A stretch of DNA of 64,000 nt, taken from contig CM068758.1 in assembly GCA_035084275.1 (NCBI GenBank), positions 10,664,001 through 10,728,000 on the forward strand, written 5' to 3'. Both the position numbers and the translations under genes were made by a program. The notes beneath the pieces are model-generated. The model was not told the DNA's origin. It saw only the letters and a list, made by a program, of their open reading frames with translations, and ran no database searches. This DNA comes from Hydrolagus colliei. Its lineage: Eukaryota. This document shows positions 63,693 to 64,000 of the stretch, piece by piece (position 1 is the stretch's first letter; every line of letters starts with the position of its first letter).

Positions 63693-64000
63693 CAAAGCTG
63701 CTGCTTTCCCTTGAGCGATACGATAACAAACAGATGAAGAATGCAATTAGAATGAATGGTTTTTTCTCAAAAATGCTTCGCAGCATTTTGACTATGTATT
63801 TTGTGGGCGAAACCCAGCAGCCAATTGAAACAATAGAAAAATACCATGGTACATAATAGTCATCAAAAACGACAACAACTTGGATTCATATCGCTCACTG
63901 CACGCCAGATGGCATCCCAGAGCGTCTAGCCAGGTAGACAGGTAGCTCTTGAAGCTGATAATTGTTGTTCTGCTTGAAATTACGGTACTGCTTTGTTGAA

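Noticed and set aside
43985-64000. Next SDK1 exon (expected to begin with AITLENQLVIL-like sequence) and the signal-peptide exon upstream of 39064
   Set aside because: Not found by eye or in the ORF track; both probably lie outside the window, though a missed small exon cannot be excluded.

Overview
Eukaryotic (vertebrate) genomic DNA, most likely a cartilaginous fish (inferred from the mix of HER1-type CR1 LINEs, L2 LINEs and DeuSINE-related SINEs; possibly a chimaera/elephant shark). The only host gene I can support is a Sidekick cell-adhesion gene, best matching SDK1, on the + strand. Three internal coding exons are present (39064-39223, 39875-39981, 43837-43984; 160/107/148 nt; Ig domain 1 and the start of Ig domain 2), with canonical AG/GT boundaries and consistent phases. 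The rest of the window appears to be intron, densely filled with transposon relics: 5'-truncated CR1 and L2 LINEs, many copies of a tRNA-headed SINE with an L2-like tail, older DeuSINEs, Tigger/pogo-type and hAT DNA transposons, and a G-rich minisatellite. Almost all ORFs in the supplied track are TE-derived or spurious. I found no prokaryotic-type system (no CRISPR, operon or defence island). The most notable observations are: (i) closely related inverted CR1 copies bracketing exons 2-4, a back-splicing (circRNA) architecture; (ii) two triple-nested transposon stacks; (iii) a covarying 3' stem-loop shared by the SINE and two L2 subfamilies; (iv) a circularly permuted SINE-core/C-rich module fused to L2 ends; (v) an AG|GTATGT recursive-splice-like acceptor; (vi) an unclassified dispersed repeat and candidate conserved enhancers. 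Repeat boundaries were read by eye and are approximate unless TIR/TSD positions are stated.
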